A DNA stretch of 54,272 nucleotides, the filler included, from Porpidia crustulata (taxonomy: Eukaryota), in assembly GCA_964255105.1 (NCBI GenBank). It is 3 parts of 3 records of this genome, joined end to end, with 100 filler letters (N's around TTAATTAATTAA, not from the genome) between each part and the next. Parts side by side here need not be neighbours in the genome. Positions count along the whole stretch, not along the records: positions 18,159 to 36,210 come from CAXUWE010000196.1; 2 more parts are not named here. One strand, 5' to 3'. The notes under the pieces are model-generated. The model searched no databases. It was not told the DNA's origin and saw only the letters and a program-made list of their open reading frames with translations. The translations under genes and the position numbers were made by a program. Of the stretch, positions 21,842 to 34,890 are shown piece after piece. The stretch's first letter is position 1. Each line of letters starts with the position of its first letter.

Positions 21842-24206
21842 TTACTTTTGACTCCGCTTCTTAGCCACCATTTGACCGTACACCTTAGCAGATACAAATC
21901 CATGATTCTCTTTGCCGGCTTCGGCGTAAATGACGGCCTCATTGTAGTCATATACAGTGGTTCGACGCCTCTTCCTTCTGCAGATATCTCCCTCTTGTTC
22001 ATTTATGCATTTTGCCGCAAGGTGAAAAGATGCTGGCGAGGTCCGAACAGCGTCTGGGAAATAGTGACTGGGACCCTGTTGCCCGCAGTTGGGGGATAAC
22101 GGCTTCTCTGATAGAGGATTCCGAGGATTATAATGACGTTCGAGCTCGGCATAGATATCGCGTTCACCTGTACTAAGTCTAATATTTCGGTTTTGATGCG
22201 GAGTAAGTAGTTGATGATTACTCTTGATTAGTCCTGGCTCTGTAGTTGATGATGGGGCCTCCGAATCGAGCAAACTGTCTTTTCTAATATACCCATAAGA
22301 CGCATTCGGGGTACTACAGACTTTGATATGACTTAGAGGTTGGCACTGGGACTCGACGCGAGCTTCGATAGACTTGCTTTCCTTGGGCGAAAGGAGACAT
22401 CTTAGGGGCTAATTACAGTTAGTAACACCAAAGAATCCAGGGAGGAAGTGAATACATCTTGCTGGGATATTCGAGCTTCGATAAAATGATCTAATGGTGA
22501 GAGGAAATCCCAACCTGGGGACCATCGCTTCCAAGCTTGTGTGATCTCTTTATAGGTTTCTACCAAGGATGCTAGCCTAGTACCTTCAGTGAACCATGGA
22601 TGCAAAAATGCTTGTTGTGCGGTCAATCTTGCTTTCTCGTCCAATACTAGTAGCCGCTTGACCAAGTCTTTCGCTCGCTTGTCGATATTAAGCCACGAAG
22701 AGCCATGGTCCAACCGGTCCAGATTACACTCTGCAGCTGCTTTGATAATGGCAGCAGACGAATTGTGTCTGTATTCCGGATCCTGTGTATTCGCAAAATA
22801 GGGCTTACCAGCGAGCAATAATGTCATCAAACAGCCGATGGACCACATATCTACAGCCACTGTGTAACCAGCTTGGTTCACGACTCTATTTGCGCCTCTG
22901 ACCTCGCTGCAGGCATTCGTCAGCGAGATCTACATTCGATTCAAATTACGGATTCTTACGGAGCAATAAACTCCAATGTACCGCACAGAGTCTGCATCCT
23001 CTGACGCCGAGATCCGCGGGATGTCTCCTTGATGGCGCTGCCAAAGTCTGTCAGAATCACTCTCGCACCGGCCGCTGAACGACTCATTAGAACATTCTCT
23101 GGCTTGATGTCCCTGTGGACAATATGTCTGGCGTGTAGATACCGCACTGCATGAAGTAACTGGTAGACTATGATACAAGCATCTGACTCGGGAAGATATC
23201 CTCCCTTGTGTTCAACATATGAAACCAGATCACCCCCGGTAATAAGATCTTCGATGATGTACCTAAAACATTAGCTGGGTGCTGATAAATCTCATACATG
23301 GGCCTACAGATTATGCTCAGTATGGAAGACCCGTTTCACCGTGACAATGTTCGGCTATCCTTTAGGTTAGCATAATTCAGGATGACATTGGTGACCTTAC
23401 ATGACTGATGTACTTTAAGATTTCCACTTCTCTCCACAGCTTGGCCTGCCAATCTGGCCTATAATTCATACCTGCTTGTTCTGCCCCGACATTTGTTCCT
23501 TTAGGCTTTATCAGATTAACAATTTTACAGGCAACCTGACATCGATTCCACGCGTCTATCGCCATAAATACTTCACCGGTTCCACCGGCACCAAGCTTGC
23601 GGTCTGTGATAGTATAGAGATTATTGAAGGACTTCAGCCTGTCAATACTGGAACCGGCCAGCCTTGAAAAAGTAGCTCACCTTCTTCTCTAGCTCTTGTA
23701 TTTCATTGGCCTCTTGCTTTAGTGAAACCTCCCCGATGGAAGAACGAGAGATGAATGTGAATTTTGTGCCATCGCTCGAGAGGATTCTGTCACCATCACT
23801 CAGGAGAAAAGCATTACTCCTTCCGATGGTATACGGCTTCTCGCTGCATTGAAGCTTTGGAAGCCATCGAGAGCCGTTGGTAGAGAGGTCCTCGGCATAA
23901 ATTAAAGGTTCAACCTCAGCAGAATTTGGATCATAGATGACTGAATAGATACGGAAATGCTTGTTGGAAATTGTGCTGTCATTAAGAAAAATTTGACTAG
24001 ACATGTCAGAACGGCATTAGACGAGACGGAAACTCCATACCAATTTTTGGTATCTCTACCAACGATGACTTCCTCACCTTCAAATATACGATACTGGCCT
24101 ATGTAGGATTTAGAGAAGATAGACGTGCAACCGTATTAGACAAGTCACCATGTGCTGTGGTGCGGTCATTGGCCCATTTCAGGTACCCAAGCATACGTTG
24201 AGGCAT
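21842..24206 (-). CDS. MEK1: FHA-domain Ser/Thr kinase of the Chk2/Mek1 family, probably Mek1 (8 exons)
   Basis: FHA motifs [13 protein letters not shown] and EDLSTNG. Kinase motifs [36 protein letters not shown] and VDMWSIG. Seven GT-AG introns join in frame; last exon 22408-21842. Assignment to Mek1 rather than another Chk2-like kinase is inference. Confidence 0.8.
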
Positions 24207-24680
24207 ATTGAAATTCTACAAGTCAAAGCGAGCAGAAACGCGTCAGAGGTAATTGAAGATCCTCGACCAAAGACAGCCATCAAATTATCACAAAAGGCAC
24301 AGATAGTATATTAGAAAGAAATTGAGGTGATACGTGGCTGAACATAGATCGAGAAAAGCGAGCCGTAAGAAATCACCATATTCCAGATACTTACTCCGTC
24401 TGGTCTGTTCCCCCTTTCTGTTTCGATCCCTGAAAAGTCGCTTAAGGAGCTGAGCCCTTAGCGCCCTTCGGCTGCTTAGTAATCCCACACTCTGTACAAT
24501 TCCCCACTTCGAGCCTCCAACCTTTTCATCAGCAATCACCTCATCTACCATAACGAGTAAGTCAACTATCTCCAGTCCCCGATAAGTAGCTCGTCACATG
24601 ATGAGTTCCAACTCTCGAAGCTACCTATGAGAACAATTGGCTGAATTTGCACCTTTGGCCAGCTCACCTAGTTATCGAAG

Positions 24681-24864
24681 ATGAGAGCTAAGTGGAGGAA
24701 GAAGCGTGTTCGAAGGCTCAAGCGTAAGAGAAGAAAGACGAGAGCTCGCAGGTAAGGCCCAATTGCATAATGAAGAGCTCATCGAGCCTCTATCTAAGCC
24801 TTCTTAATCCACTCTGAGTGCTCGAGTGGAACATGTGCTTACACCACGCCTCTACAGCAAGTAA
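24681..24864 (+). CDS. RPL41: Ribosomal protein L41 (eL41/eS32), 25 aa, 2 coding exons
   Basis: Exon 24681-24751, intron 24752-24857 (GTAAGG...TACAG), exon 24858-24864 give MRAKWRKKRVRRLKRKRRKTRARSK*. Probable 5'-UTR intron 24557-24680 (GTAAGT...GCTCAC...AAG). Confidence 0.96.
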
Positions 24865-25411
24865 ACACTCCAATATCACTCGATCTGCGCTTCCAAATTT
24901 CCTCTACGCCTTGCCGGCCATCTCACTCACACATACTCATATTTACTATCTCCCGACTGGCACGGACCCTTCAAAGGAGACAGCGGTGGAGGCATTGTCA
25001 ATGGATAATTTGTGCACAAGGCAGGTGAGAGGACAGGATGGGAGCGTGTCAACATACATTGAGCAGGATGTTGGTGGTTCTTGCATAAATGGGTGAATTC
25101 GTCCGATAGCTCTTGATACGATTTGTAGTTTCGGATCGATACCGCTCAAAGGAGTTTGCTTAAGTAGCGATTGTAAAATTGAAGTCTTGCTTCAAACCGA
25201 CTGTTGTATAGCTATCGTGACCATTCCGCGAATGCCCTGGAGACAGCCTTTTGGAGAGAACGCGAGCTAGCCCACGCTGTCTACCTTTTCTCTGCGTGTC
25301 TGATGAGAACAAGAAAACTAGAAAAGACCTCGGCGATAAAAAAGATACCACCAACACCATGCTTTGTAACAGCTAGAAAAACTCAATATTGAATTCACAC
25401 TACGTAATGCA

Positions 25412-26917
25412 TCAGAATCTATAAAGATATTAGTTCTGGGGTTGCCCGCCATTTCAACAGTGCAAGAGTTGTACCTTATCTCGTAACTCCCAGCCCTAGT
25501 CATGTATCGCACCCACTTGACGCTACCATAATTGTTTTTCTCAAAGACCTTTAGGTACCGAACGAGGAGGCCAGAGCTTGTGAACATGAGAAGCGAAAAG
25601 CTCAAGCTTAGTGGCGGACGGCTCCAAGCCTTCTGGTTTGTCATGGACGTCAAGGAGGCTTCCGCAGAAAGGACGTACTCGCTTTGTCCCGTGAATCTGG
25701 GAATTTTCCAAACAATATTATTTTGCTCAGGCTCATACTTTGCCTTCCCTTGAGAGGTTCGCTCGGTAATTTTGGCTGTATTCAGTGGAGTTGGAACTCT
25801 TATTATGACATTTGTAGCGAATAGTTTACTTCCGTAGTTTGCTTTGATGGCGATGCTGTATTCAACCTTTGACCTGCCGAGCTCATTGACAATGGCATGG
25901 ATCTTAAAGGGCAAATTAACATTCTCCGTAGCCCGGTATCGCATGAGCTCAAACTCCCCATCCGGTGGAATGAACGAGATAATTCGATCCGCGTCGAACT
26001 TCCCTAGCTTGACACATTGATGGAATTGACAGTCCTCGAGGGTAACACTGCCCGCAGCTGCTTTAGTGGCCTTTGTGCCCGCAGTATTACCTGAAGGCGC
26101 TGTAAGACTTTCACCATCCAAAAGCAGCCGGTCGTTGAGACCGAATTTGCACTCCGGAGTCCCAGATAGATAGGCCCGCATGACTATTTGCCCGTTGACA
26201 TCGGCTCGTAGTACAGTGCCGGTAGCTGACATTAGGAGATTGACGTCCTCAATCACATCCACAAAGGCCTCGTTCTTTCGATACTTGATGTCTGATCGCC
26301 GCCACGACAGGGCACCTGTAGCCTGCATTGTAATTCGCGACGAATCCTCCATTGTTCGTTCTGATTTGACCCCTTCCGTGGTGATGTACATCTTTAACGT
26401 ATCTGTTTCAGTATTTTGGGGATATCCGAAATCCAAGATCTCTATATGTCGCAGCGATCAGCCTACTGCCTCTGAAAAGCCACCATCCTTGATTATGTAC
26501 CATCCAAAAGCTCATAGACCAGCACAAAGTTGTTCTTTACAGCTTCTTCATCGAACTTCCCAAAATACCCCTTCCCGAGACCAATAAGCCTGTAGAGAAA
26601 CTCAAACACAAGCGCTGCATTGGCATTACTCTTAGTAATAGCTACTAAGTATATATTCTCATGCTTCACATGACTAAAAGTCGTCGATCCGAGTGTCAGA
26701 ATGGGAGAGCGAACTTGTGCGTTGGAGATAACCTGGATACGGAAGACATCCGCGAGTCGAGGCCTACAATTGAGAGAGTCAGCAGAAGAACTCTCAGTCC
26801 AGTTTCGAGATCAATTCGTTGCTTGGCTTGGAAGCTCACAGACCTACAATCGTTGCGGAAGGCACGAAATATTAGATTCTCACCCTTTTGATTGAATATC
26901 AAGATACCAGAAAGCAT
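25412..26917 (-). CDS. APM4: AP-2 adaptor complex subunit mu (4 exons)
   Basis: [57 protein letters not shown] and KWVRYMTRAGSYEIR/F*. A final intron gives the stop at 25412-25414. Confidence 0.96.
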
Positions 26918-27574
26918 GGTTGGCAGGAATGATTAAGGTTCTACTTTCACAAGTATATCGTTAAGGAGTAGTAGAGTTTTGCCATTTTATAGCTCATTTC
27001 TGTTTCTGTTGCTGGAGCTCCTGCGCCTTGAGATTTATATCTAACATACTCATCCCAATGACACAAATTGGCTAGCGTAGATCTTAGATCCGGCTAGGGT
27101 TAGGAAGCTCTAGCTTCATGGGACTAGCGTGTATCATTGGGGATGTGTGTGCTTGGGGGGTGGCCACGAGTAAGTAAGCTCCCTCACTGTACCCCTACCC
27201 TCCGAGTATGAAATATCGATATTGTGGTTCACAACGAGGTGCTCTCTGTTATCTTAACTGTAAGAATGGCATTTGGCTTGAGCTCAAAGGCTACCTGATT
27301 GTAAGATAGGGGTTACTAAGTAAAGCTCGAAATGTCTTCGAAATTACGACTCGACTATTCGGGAATTCGATGGTGTCCCAATTTTCATGGGCTTGCATAG
27401 ATCTTGTCAGCCGGAATTTGCGGTCGGACTTGCCAAATCTCGAGAAAAACATCTTAATTGATTTTCGCATACGAAAGGTTGAGGCACATGAGAGATAACG
27501 GCAAAAGTAATGCGTAGCAGAGGCCCTCCTCGATCCCGCGAAACATGCACGTCGTTCATTACCTTCAAGTAATC

Positions 27575-28724
27575 TCATATGAGATCTCTCTTCACGAATT
27601 CGGCATGCAACGTCTTGCCTAAAGAAGCTGGGCTTCGTTCAACAATTACCCCAGCGGCCTCGAGCGCTGATATCTTCGAGTCTGCGCCCCCTTTACCACC
27701 ACTAACAATAGCGCCTGCAGCAAATATTATTATGAAATACAGATAGCACTAGAATCTCTCTACTTACCGGCATGACCCATCCTTCTTCCTGGTGGAGCGG
27801 AGATACCTGCAATGAAGCTTACAGTAGGCTTGTTCATGGTGTTGTACTCTTTCAGGAAGTCTGCAGCATCTTCCTCAGCAGATCCACCTATCTCCCCGAT
27901 CATGATTATTCCGTCGGTCTCTTCATCTTTTAAGAATACCTTCAGGCAGTCGATGAAGTTCGTTCCTGAGAATGGGTCTCCCCCAATACCCACCACGAGC
28001 GATTGGCCGAGACCGGCTTGGGTTGTCTGGTTGACGGCCTCGTACGTAAGTGTACCCGACCTTGAGACGATACCTATTCTACCACGTTTGTGAATGAAAC
28101 CTGGCATTATACCAATTTTGCACTGGCCAGGTGCAATTATGCCGGGGCAGTTCGGTCCCACCAGTCTCGTCCTCCCCTGTGTCTTCAGGATGTCTGTAAT
28201 GCGGACCATATCATGTTGGGGGATTCCTTCCGTAATACACACAACAAGAGGTATTTCTGCTTCAATCGCCTCCTCGATTCCCTTTGCTGCTACGGGGGGT
28301 GGAACGAAGATAGCAGAAGCGGTGGCTCCGGTCTCTCGCACTGCGTCACGGACATTGGCGAATACAGGCTTTCCTAGGTGCGTCTCTCCGGCTTTCTTGG
28401 GATTCGTTCCACCAACAACATTGGTTCCTGCAAGGCATTAGTGAATGCCATTGGCGCATCTCACTTGAACAAGTATTTACCGTAATCGATAGCTTGCTGC
28501 GCATGGAATCTGTGAAAGACTTAGCTAGCGTTAGACCAGGACAATGCGTTGATGTGTACATACGTCCCCTGCTTCCCAGTAAAGCCTTGGTAGATGACCT
28601 TAGTGTTGCTGTTGATGCGGAGGTTCTCTGCCGTTGCAGCATAGGACGAGACCGCGGTCGAGTACCCCTTTTTCTGAAGAGTGGCACGCAGAGCTACGGC
28701 AGTACTCCGCCTGAACGCTTGCAT
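27575..28724 (-). CDS. LSC1: Succinyl-CoA ligase alpha subunit, mitochondrial (4 exons)
   Basis: Arg-rich presequence, [36 protein letters not shown] and the phospho-His motif MGHAG/AIV. Confidence 0.97.
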
Positions 28725-28947
28725 CGCTGCTAGAGAACAATGCTCAGAGGATTATGTTGTCAAGCAACAGAGAAATACTATGATTGTCCCACAGCTGCGC
28801 GGAGTTTAGGATCCTCGGGATCAACGTCTAGCGCCAGAATGTCTTCGATACCCAATCACAAGCTCTGGTTCTTTGCAACTTTCACGCCATTTAGAGCATC
28901 ACCAAACTATCGAGGCATTCGAGGATTCTGTAAATCTTACTGTCAAT

Positions 28948-30693
28948 ATGGCTACAGAAACCATGACTCTCTCAGTGGCCACGAAGATCAAGCTACCTAA
29001 AAATTTGAAACTGCCTCCAGAAAATGAGCGTTTTGTCCTTGCCTGTTCTGATATCGCCAGTGCCCTGATACAGGAGCATGAAGCTCAGCAAAATGACATT
29101 CAGCCAAGGAAAGATTTGAATCTTAACAGTCTTCGGGGCCAAATTGCAAAAAAGCACAGGCTGAGCAACCAGCCACCATTAACAGCTATTATAGCTGCGG
29201 TACCGGAGCACTACAAGAAATATATATTACCAAAACTAATAGCAAAACCTATCCGGACTTCTTCAGGTATAGCTGTTGTTGCTGTCATGTGCAAACCTCA
29301 TAGGTGTCCACACATAGCCTACACAGGCAACATATGTGTTTATTGCCCAGGTGGTCCTGATTCTGATTTTGAGTATTCCACACAATCTTACACAGGGTAT
29401 GAGCCGACGTCTATGCGGGCCATACGAGCAAGATATGATCCTTATGAGCAAGCAAGAGGGCGTGTAGACCAGATCAAGTCACTAGGACATAGCGTCGACA
29501 AAGTTGAGTATATCATTATGGGAGGAACGTTTATGTCGCTACCTGAAGACTACAGGGATGGATTCATATCACAATTACATAATGCTCTAAGCGGTTACCA
29601 AGGTGATGATGTGGATGAGGCTGTTGAAGCTGGAGAGATGAGCAATATTAAATGCGTTGGAATAACGATCGAAACAAGACCAGATTACTGCTTAGCTCCA
29701 CATCTAAGTAGCATGCTAAGGTACGGTTGTACACGATTGGAGATCGGTGTTCAATCATTGTACGAAGACGTTGCCCGAGACACCAATAGAGGCCACACCG
29801 TTGCTGCAGTGGCAGAAACTTTCAAGCTTGCGAAAGACGCAGGTTTCAAAGTCGTCAGTCATATGATGCCCGATCTACCTAATGTAGGGATGGAACGAGA
29901 TCTCGATCAATTCCGAGAATACTTCGAGAATCCAGACTTTCGAACAGATGGCCTCAAAATCTATCCTACTCTTGTGATTCGAGGGACTGGATTGTACGAG
30001 CTATGGCGAACCGGGAGATATAAGAATTACACCCCTAATGCGCTGATAGACATCGTAGCAAGGATTCTTGCCCTAGTACCTCCGTGGACTCGAATTTATA
30101 GAGTTCAACGAGACATTCCCATGCCCTTGGTCACATCTGGTGTCGAGAATGGTAATTTGCGAGAACTTGCGTTGAGCAGGATGAAAGATTTTGGCACCAC
30201 CTGTCGGGATGTGCGGACACGTGAGGTTGGCATAAACGAAGTGAAGAACAAAATACGGCCCTCGCAGGTTGAGCTTGTCCGGCGAGATTATGCTGCTAAT
30301 GGAGGTTGGGAGACATTTCTAGCATACGAGGATCCGAAGCAAGATATATTGATTGCGTTACTACGCCTGCGAAAATGCAGTGCCACTCATACATTCAGAC
30401 CAGAGCTTACGTCTCAGCCTACGAGCCTTGTTAGGGAGCTGCACGTGTACGGCTCAGCGGTCCCAGTGCATGCGAGGGATCCGCATAAGTTCCAGCATCA
30501 AGGCTATGGGACATTGTTGATGGAGGAAGCGGAGAGGATAGCGAGAGACGAACACCGTAGCCAGAAGATCAGCGTCATCTCAGGCGTTGGCGTTCGAAGC
30601 TACTACGCTAAACTTGGGTACAACCTAGATGGACCATACATGAGCAAGGTTCTAGAGCCAGAAGAGAGCGACTTGGATGACGACGAGGATTAG
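28948..30693 (+). CDS. ELP3: Elongator complex protein 3 (radical SAM + GNAT), single exon
   Basis: [23 protein letters not shown]...CVYCPGG, ETRPD, RVQRDIP, RELHVYG and FQHQGYG. First ATG at 28948. Confidence 0.98.
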   Translation: MATETMTLSVATKIKLPKNLKLPPENERFVLACSDIASALIQEHEAQQNDIQPRKDLNLNSLRGQIAKKHRLSNQPPLTAIIAAVPEHYKKYILPKLIAKPIRTSSGIAVVAVMCKPHRCPHIAYTGNICVYCPGGPDSDFEYSTQSYTGYEPTSMRAIRARYDPYEQARGRVDQIKSLGHSVDKVEYIIMGGTFMSLPEDYRDGFISQLHNALSGYQGDDVDEAVEAGEMSNIKCVGITIETRPDYCLAPHLSSMLRYGCTRLEIGVQSLYEDVARDTNRGHTVAAVAETFKLAKDAGFKVVSHMMPDLPNVGMERDLDQFREYFENPDFRTDGLKIYPTLVIRGTGLYELWRTGRYKNYTPNALIDIVARILALVPPWTRIYRVQRDIPMPLVTSGVENGNLRELALSRMKDFGTTCRDVRTREVGINEVKNKIRPSQVELVRRDYAANGGWETFLAYEDPKQDILIALLRLRKCSATHTFRPELTSQPTSLVRELHVYGSAVPVHARDPHKFQHQGYGTLLMEEAERIARDEHRSQKISVISGVGVRSYYAKLGYNLDGPYMSKVLEPEESDLDDDED

Positions 30694-31032
30694 AGGTGAG
30701 GGATTGGCTTGTCATGATCACGAAGTACGCATATACGGACCGGGGGCGTTCTGCATTCTAGGAGCACTTGATCGTTTGCGTGTTGAGGCATCTCATCGGA
30801 GTTTTAGCATTACAGATACGATCAGAGAATACTTTCGTGAAGCGATAGGAACTGTTTTGCGGAGTTTCTAGAATCTTAAAAGTGGGAGCAGTGATTCTAG
30901 ATTCAACGAGCCGCAAACGTGCCCGTCTGCTGAAAAGAAATGATATCCGTAGTCTACAGCTACCAAACCCCAACTCCTCCTTCCCAGCATATAATGCGCC
31001 CAATTGGAGACCTTGTTTTTGGCCGTTGCTGT

Positions 31033-31546
31033 CTAATTAAGCGTTATCGTTCCCCTCTTGCTCGCCCGTACGTGTAAAAATGCTTGGAAGCCGCAGAATA
31101 GTAGGAAAACCTGAGTTTGGTCAGCATCTCGATCGCATTGGAGAAAGTTCAACAAGGCCTGAAGTCGAGACGTCGGGCATCACGACGGGCGGAAGACGTA
31201 CGGCGTAAACAGCGACAGCGGCGAAGATACTGGCAGCCACTCCTTGGGGGTCCTCTGGGTCCTTTTTCGAACCGACCATACTATGATGTTCATTCTGCCG
31301 AGCAACGTAAATCAGCATAAGAAATTCCAAGAAACAAACAGCCTCGTTGTCAAGTGACGTATTCATAGAAGGATGACTATGGCATACCTTAAAGAGCCCG
31401 CCAATGATGGAGAGAATTATGATGGCGGCAACCGAAACCACTACACTTTCAATTTATTAGCTTTACTATCGCCATCATCCAACCAGGGTTGTAGAAAAAT
31501 GGCGGTACCAGCTCCATGCGTTGAGCGCTGAGACTACAGGCTTCAT
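31033..31546 (-). CDS. RNASEK: V-ATPase V0 subunit f / RNase kappa homologue (88 aa, 4 exons)
   Basis: Exons 31546-31509, 31445-31388, 31294-31202 and 31110-31033 give MKPVVSALNAWSCVVVSVAAIIILSIIGGLFKNEHHSMVGSKKDPEDPQGVAASIFAAVAVYAVFLLFCGFQAFLHVRASKRGTITLN*. Two TM helices; resembles yeast YPR170W-B. Confidence 0.88.
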
Positions 31547-31843
31547 GGCGGCGGCTTAGGTGATAAGGTGGTGAGTGATCAGTGAGAGCTTGATAGCTAG
31601 ACTTCAGAGATGTTTCGGATCGAATGAGCGTAGAGCTGTCTCCAGGCAGATCTGAGGATCAGAGTGATTAGGAAGTCGTCACGTCGTTGAATGAACAAGT
31701 TGAGGGCTATTAACGCATGGTCCCTCGGCCCACAGTATTATCTCTCTAGCTTGTCGAAGGGCGGAAGATCCCGAAACTCTGATGTGGTTGTGGTCGCGGT
31801 CTTCAACCATTCACATTCCACATACCATGCGACACTTTGAATA

Positions 31844-32750
31844 ATGATATCGACACTTGGAAAGCGGAAACGCAGAGACCAGATTCAGAAATTAGACTCG
31901 GATGTTAGCACGATATCCGATCAAGAGACGTCCCGACAATTGCAAACCTTGCTACAGCAGCACTTCGAGGCTACCTTTGAACCGTTGAAAGGCGTACGGC
32001 AGAGCGTACACGAGGAGGCAGAAGGCGAAGCTCAAGCAGTAAAGATAGACACCGAGTCGAATTGGACTGGTATCTCAGAAGAAGAGGATGAGGATCCTCA
32101 ACAGATATTTCACTACCATGTGTCGCACAGCTCAAAATTAGAAGTCCCAAAGGAGGAGCTCAAAACATTTATGGTGTGGGCCAAAGGGATCTTTCAGATA
32201 TTGGAAGTCTTTGCTAACTGTATATCTTTTCAAGTCAACAAGGCCTCCATCTATCGCCGACCTATCAATATCGAAGATCAAATCCAAAACGCCTGAGCAA
32301 ATCGGTTCCGTAGATGCAGCAACCGATGCGGAGAATTTCAAAAAAGATCTCGCTCTGCAACGCCTGCTCAAAGAATCACACCTTCTAGAATCACGATCCT
32401 CGCTTTCCCTGTCAGGTCAAAATCGACACAAAGCCCTGGACCTACGTCTTCAAGACTTAGGGTCAAAGTCGTCCATATTCACTCAACAAAAGATGCCCCT
32501 AGCGCAGAGAAAAGGCATAATTGCAAAAGCTACCGAGAGAAATGACAGTCGGAGAAGGGAAGCCAAAGAGAACGGTATCGTCTTAGAAAAGGCAGTGAAA
32601 GGAAAGAAAAAGCACGAGGCAAAAAGGCAAAGAGGCGTTGGTGCCCCGAGCGTTGGCAAATTTCAAGGTGGAATGCTCAAGCTGAGCCGGAAAGACGTGG
32701 CTGAAATCGTGGGCCCCAAAGAAACTCCGAAAGGAAGAGGGAGGAGGTAG
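31844..32750 (+). CDS. FAF1: Probable pre-rRNA processing protein, FAF1-like (2 exons)
   Basis: Intron 32174-32234. LGKRKR NLS, QHFEATFEPL, DLALQRLLKESHLL, RHKALDLRLQ and a basic C-terminus with VGKFQGGMLKLS. Confidence 0.7.
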
Positions 32751-33457
32751 ATGAACCAATAACAGATCAAAGACCTTGACATGTCATGCTAAAAGCTGTT
32801 TCGACGCACGGACACCGCACACACAGATGTTTGCCTTAGCACTCAGATCTAAAGAATGGTGTCAACAATGCGGCCTGCGCTCGAATGGTATTCGAGCATG
32901 TTCTTTACAATTACTATACTGTGCTAATTCCCAGCTTGTGAATGCGTCAACAAGAAGATCTGGGATGGTAGCCTGGACAGGAATAGCTTCAATTCTACTA
33001 GTCGGTACTAGGGTGAAGGACCGCACCGATCTAAGTACAGCTGACAGAGACCATTCCCTGATTTCCAACATCCCTAGAAGTGAGTATTTTTAGAGATTAA
33101 ATTCACGTTGAAGAGGTAATACATCCTCCTGCACTATAATTGGGAAGATAGCGACTACAAGATCCGCAATTCTTGGGGGCCTGCCAAACAATGCTTCATA
33201 CGACAACTTCTAGGATACCGATGAAAGTGTAGCAAGCGAAATTGACGTGGTAACGGCATTTACATATTATTAGCTTGGGTCCTGCGGCGCACTTATAACT
33301 GTGCTGATTGAAGTCGCCCAAGGTGAATATATGTACTTGTCTGGTGATAAGATGTCAAGTCGAAACCGGTCGTTTGGAAATTACTACGCACGCTGTATCT
33401 AGTTTGACCAAATTGTGGGCACAATACGACATGTCTTTGAGTGCTCCGTCTGTCTAA

Positions 33458-34890
33458 TCAAAAGATTTTGGAAGGGAACATAAGATCTAGCAGAAACGTA
33501 TATGAATCGGTCCGAAGAATAGAGTCTGGAATTGCTGGATAAAGACCTCCTCGCGTAGACTCTTGGGCTTGAGCAACAACCTTCATCTCAATACGCACAT
33601 TGGACATCAGGCCGTGCCCTGACACAACATGTATCTGTGGGACCAAATGGCGTCCCGTTTAGGAATTGGGGTCCAAGCCTGGCTAGATCCTTCGGAAAAC
33701 GCTTCCACCATGAACAGACCCCAACGCTGATTCACGACTAAAGAAATCCAGTCATTGCAGGAATCTACTCCTCCGATCCTTATTCGGTAAAGGTTTTTCA
33801 TGCCAAACTGACCCGTGTACTCGATCTAACAGCCCGCAGTTGTAGTTGCTGGCTGGAGAATCCACAGTCTTGCATGATGGTCTGGTCTTGATGGTCTATG
33901 CTCAGGTTCCCCAAGCTAAGAACACCTTTCCAAAAGTAGAGACTTGTCCGGCACTGCATGAAAGTGTGACAAGGAGAAGCCCCAAGAGACGCGATGGACG
34001 CACCGTAAACGCTTGAACCGTCCATCACGGATTCATTGTATTTTGGCAATTTAACAGCGTTGCGGCAAGGAGTTAAAGGCATCGCCATATAGTATTCGTG
34101 AACACCATGCAATTGATTGGGACTGCTGCGAACATGTCATTTCGATCAGCGCCTACATCGCCATGGCACCATGGGCTGATTCGTCATGGGCTCCCCAGAA
34201 TCTTTATTGGGTTTCTACAGCGAGACGCTTGGGTGGAGTTGTTCATCACTTCGGCACGTGGTAATATAGGAATTCGACCAATTCTGCTTATTGTGGTCAA
34301 GAATAGAAGGACAATAAGCTTCTGATCAGGGTTCGCATGAATTGAATACCTTGGGCCAATCGTTGTTGGCGCGGTTCAATGGCCGTGTTTCAGAGCGTCG
34401 ATCATACGTGACCTGGGAAAGGTGAGAAGGCAATGGCGGGATCTCAGCGATGTTCGAGAAGCTCGGCCCGATTCGTAACGACTGTAAGAACAACCTCAAT
34501 CGAGAATCCGATGACGTCCAATGACAATAACAGTTACACTACCTCATCGCAGTGTTTTTGCAAAGTACAGCCCTCTACTAAGGTACGCAGTTGGCAGTAC
34601 GCACTACCCGTGTCCGGTAATGCTAACAGCAATCCTTGCAACACAATGTACAACATACACGGCACAGCGTCTTCCGCTCCTATGATGAGGGAAGTCTAGA
34701 GCACCAGAAGTTGTTGTCCAGGTTCCGGTGTGCATGGAAAATCTCCCACATGATTTGAATTATGCCGAATAGGCTTTGCTTCCTAGCATGGACGTTGAAG
34801 TCACTTACCTATGCCCTGTTCATGCTGAGCCTCGCTTGATGATATGACGGATGAAGGGCACACGGTAAAGTACGGGCCCAAGACGAACAC
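33458..34890 (-). pseudogene. Possible heavily decayed NACHT/ankyrin (fungal NLR-like) gene relic
   Basis: Short fragments in the expected order but broken by stops and frameshifts: VFV-WAR (34872-34890), SLRSRHCLL (34424-34450), IQFMRTLI (34324-34347) and ankyrin-like GLDPNS*TG...IHVVSGHGL (~33610-33680). Weak resemblance judged by eye. Confidence 0.25.

Noticed and set aside
24598..24644. Box C (ATGATGA) and box D (CTGA) in the RPL41 5'-UTR intron
   Set aside because: Only 47 nt apart, no terminal stem, and I could not identify an antisense rRNA guide. Too weak for a snoRNA call, although snoscan could test it.
27094..27103. TAGGGTTAGG telomere-like motif
   Set aside because: Fewer than two full repeats; chance or at most a single factor-binding site.
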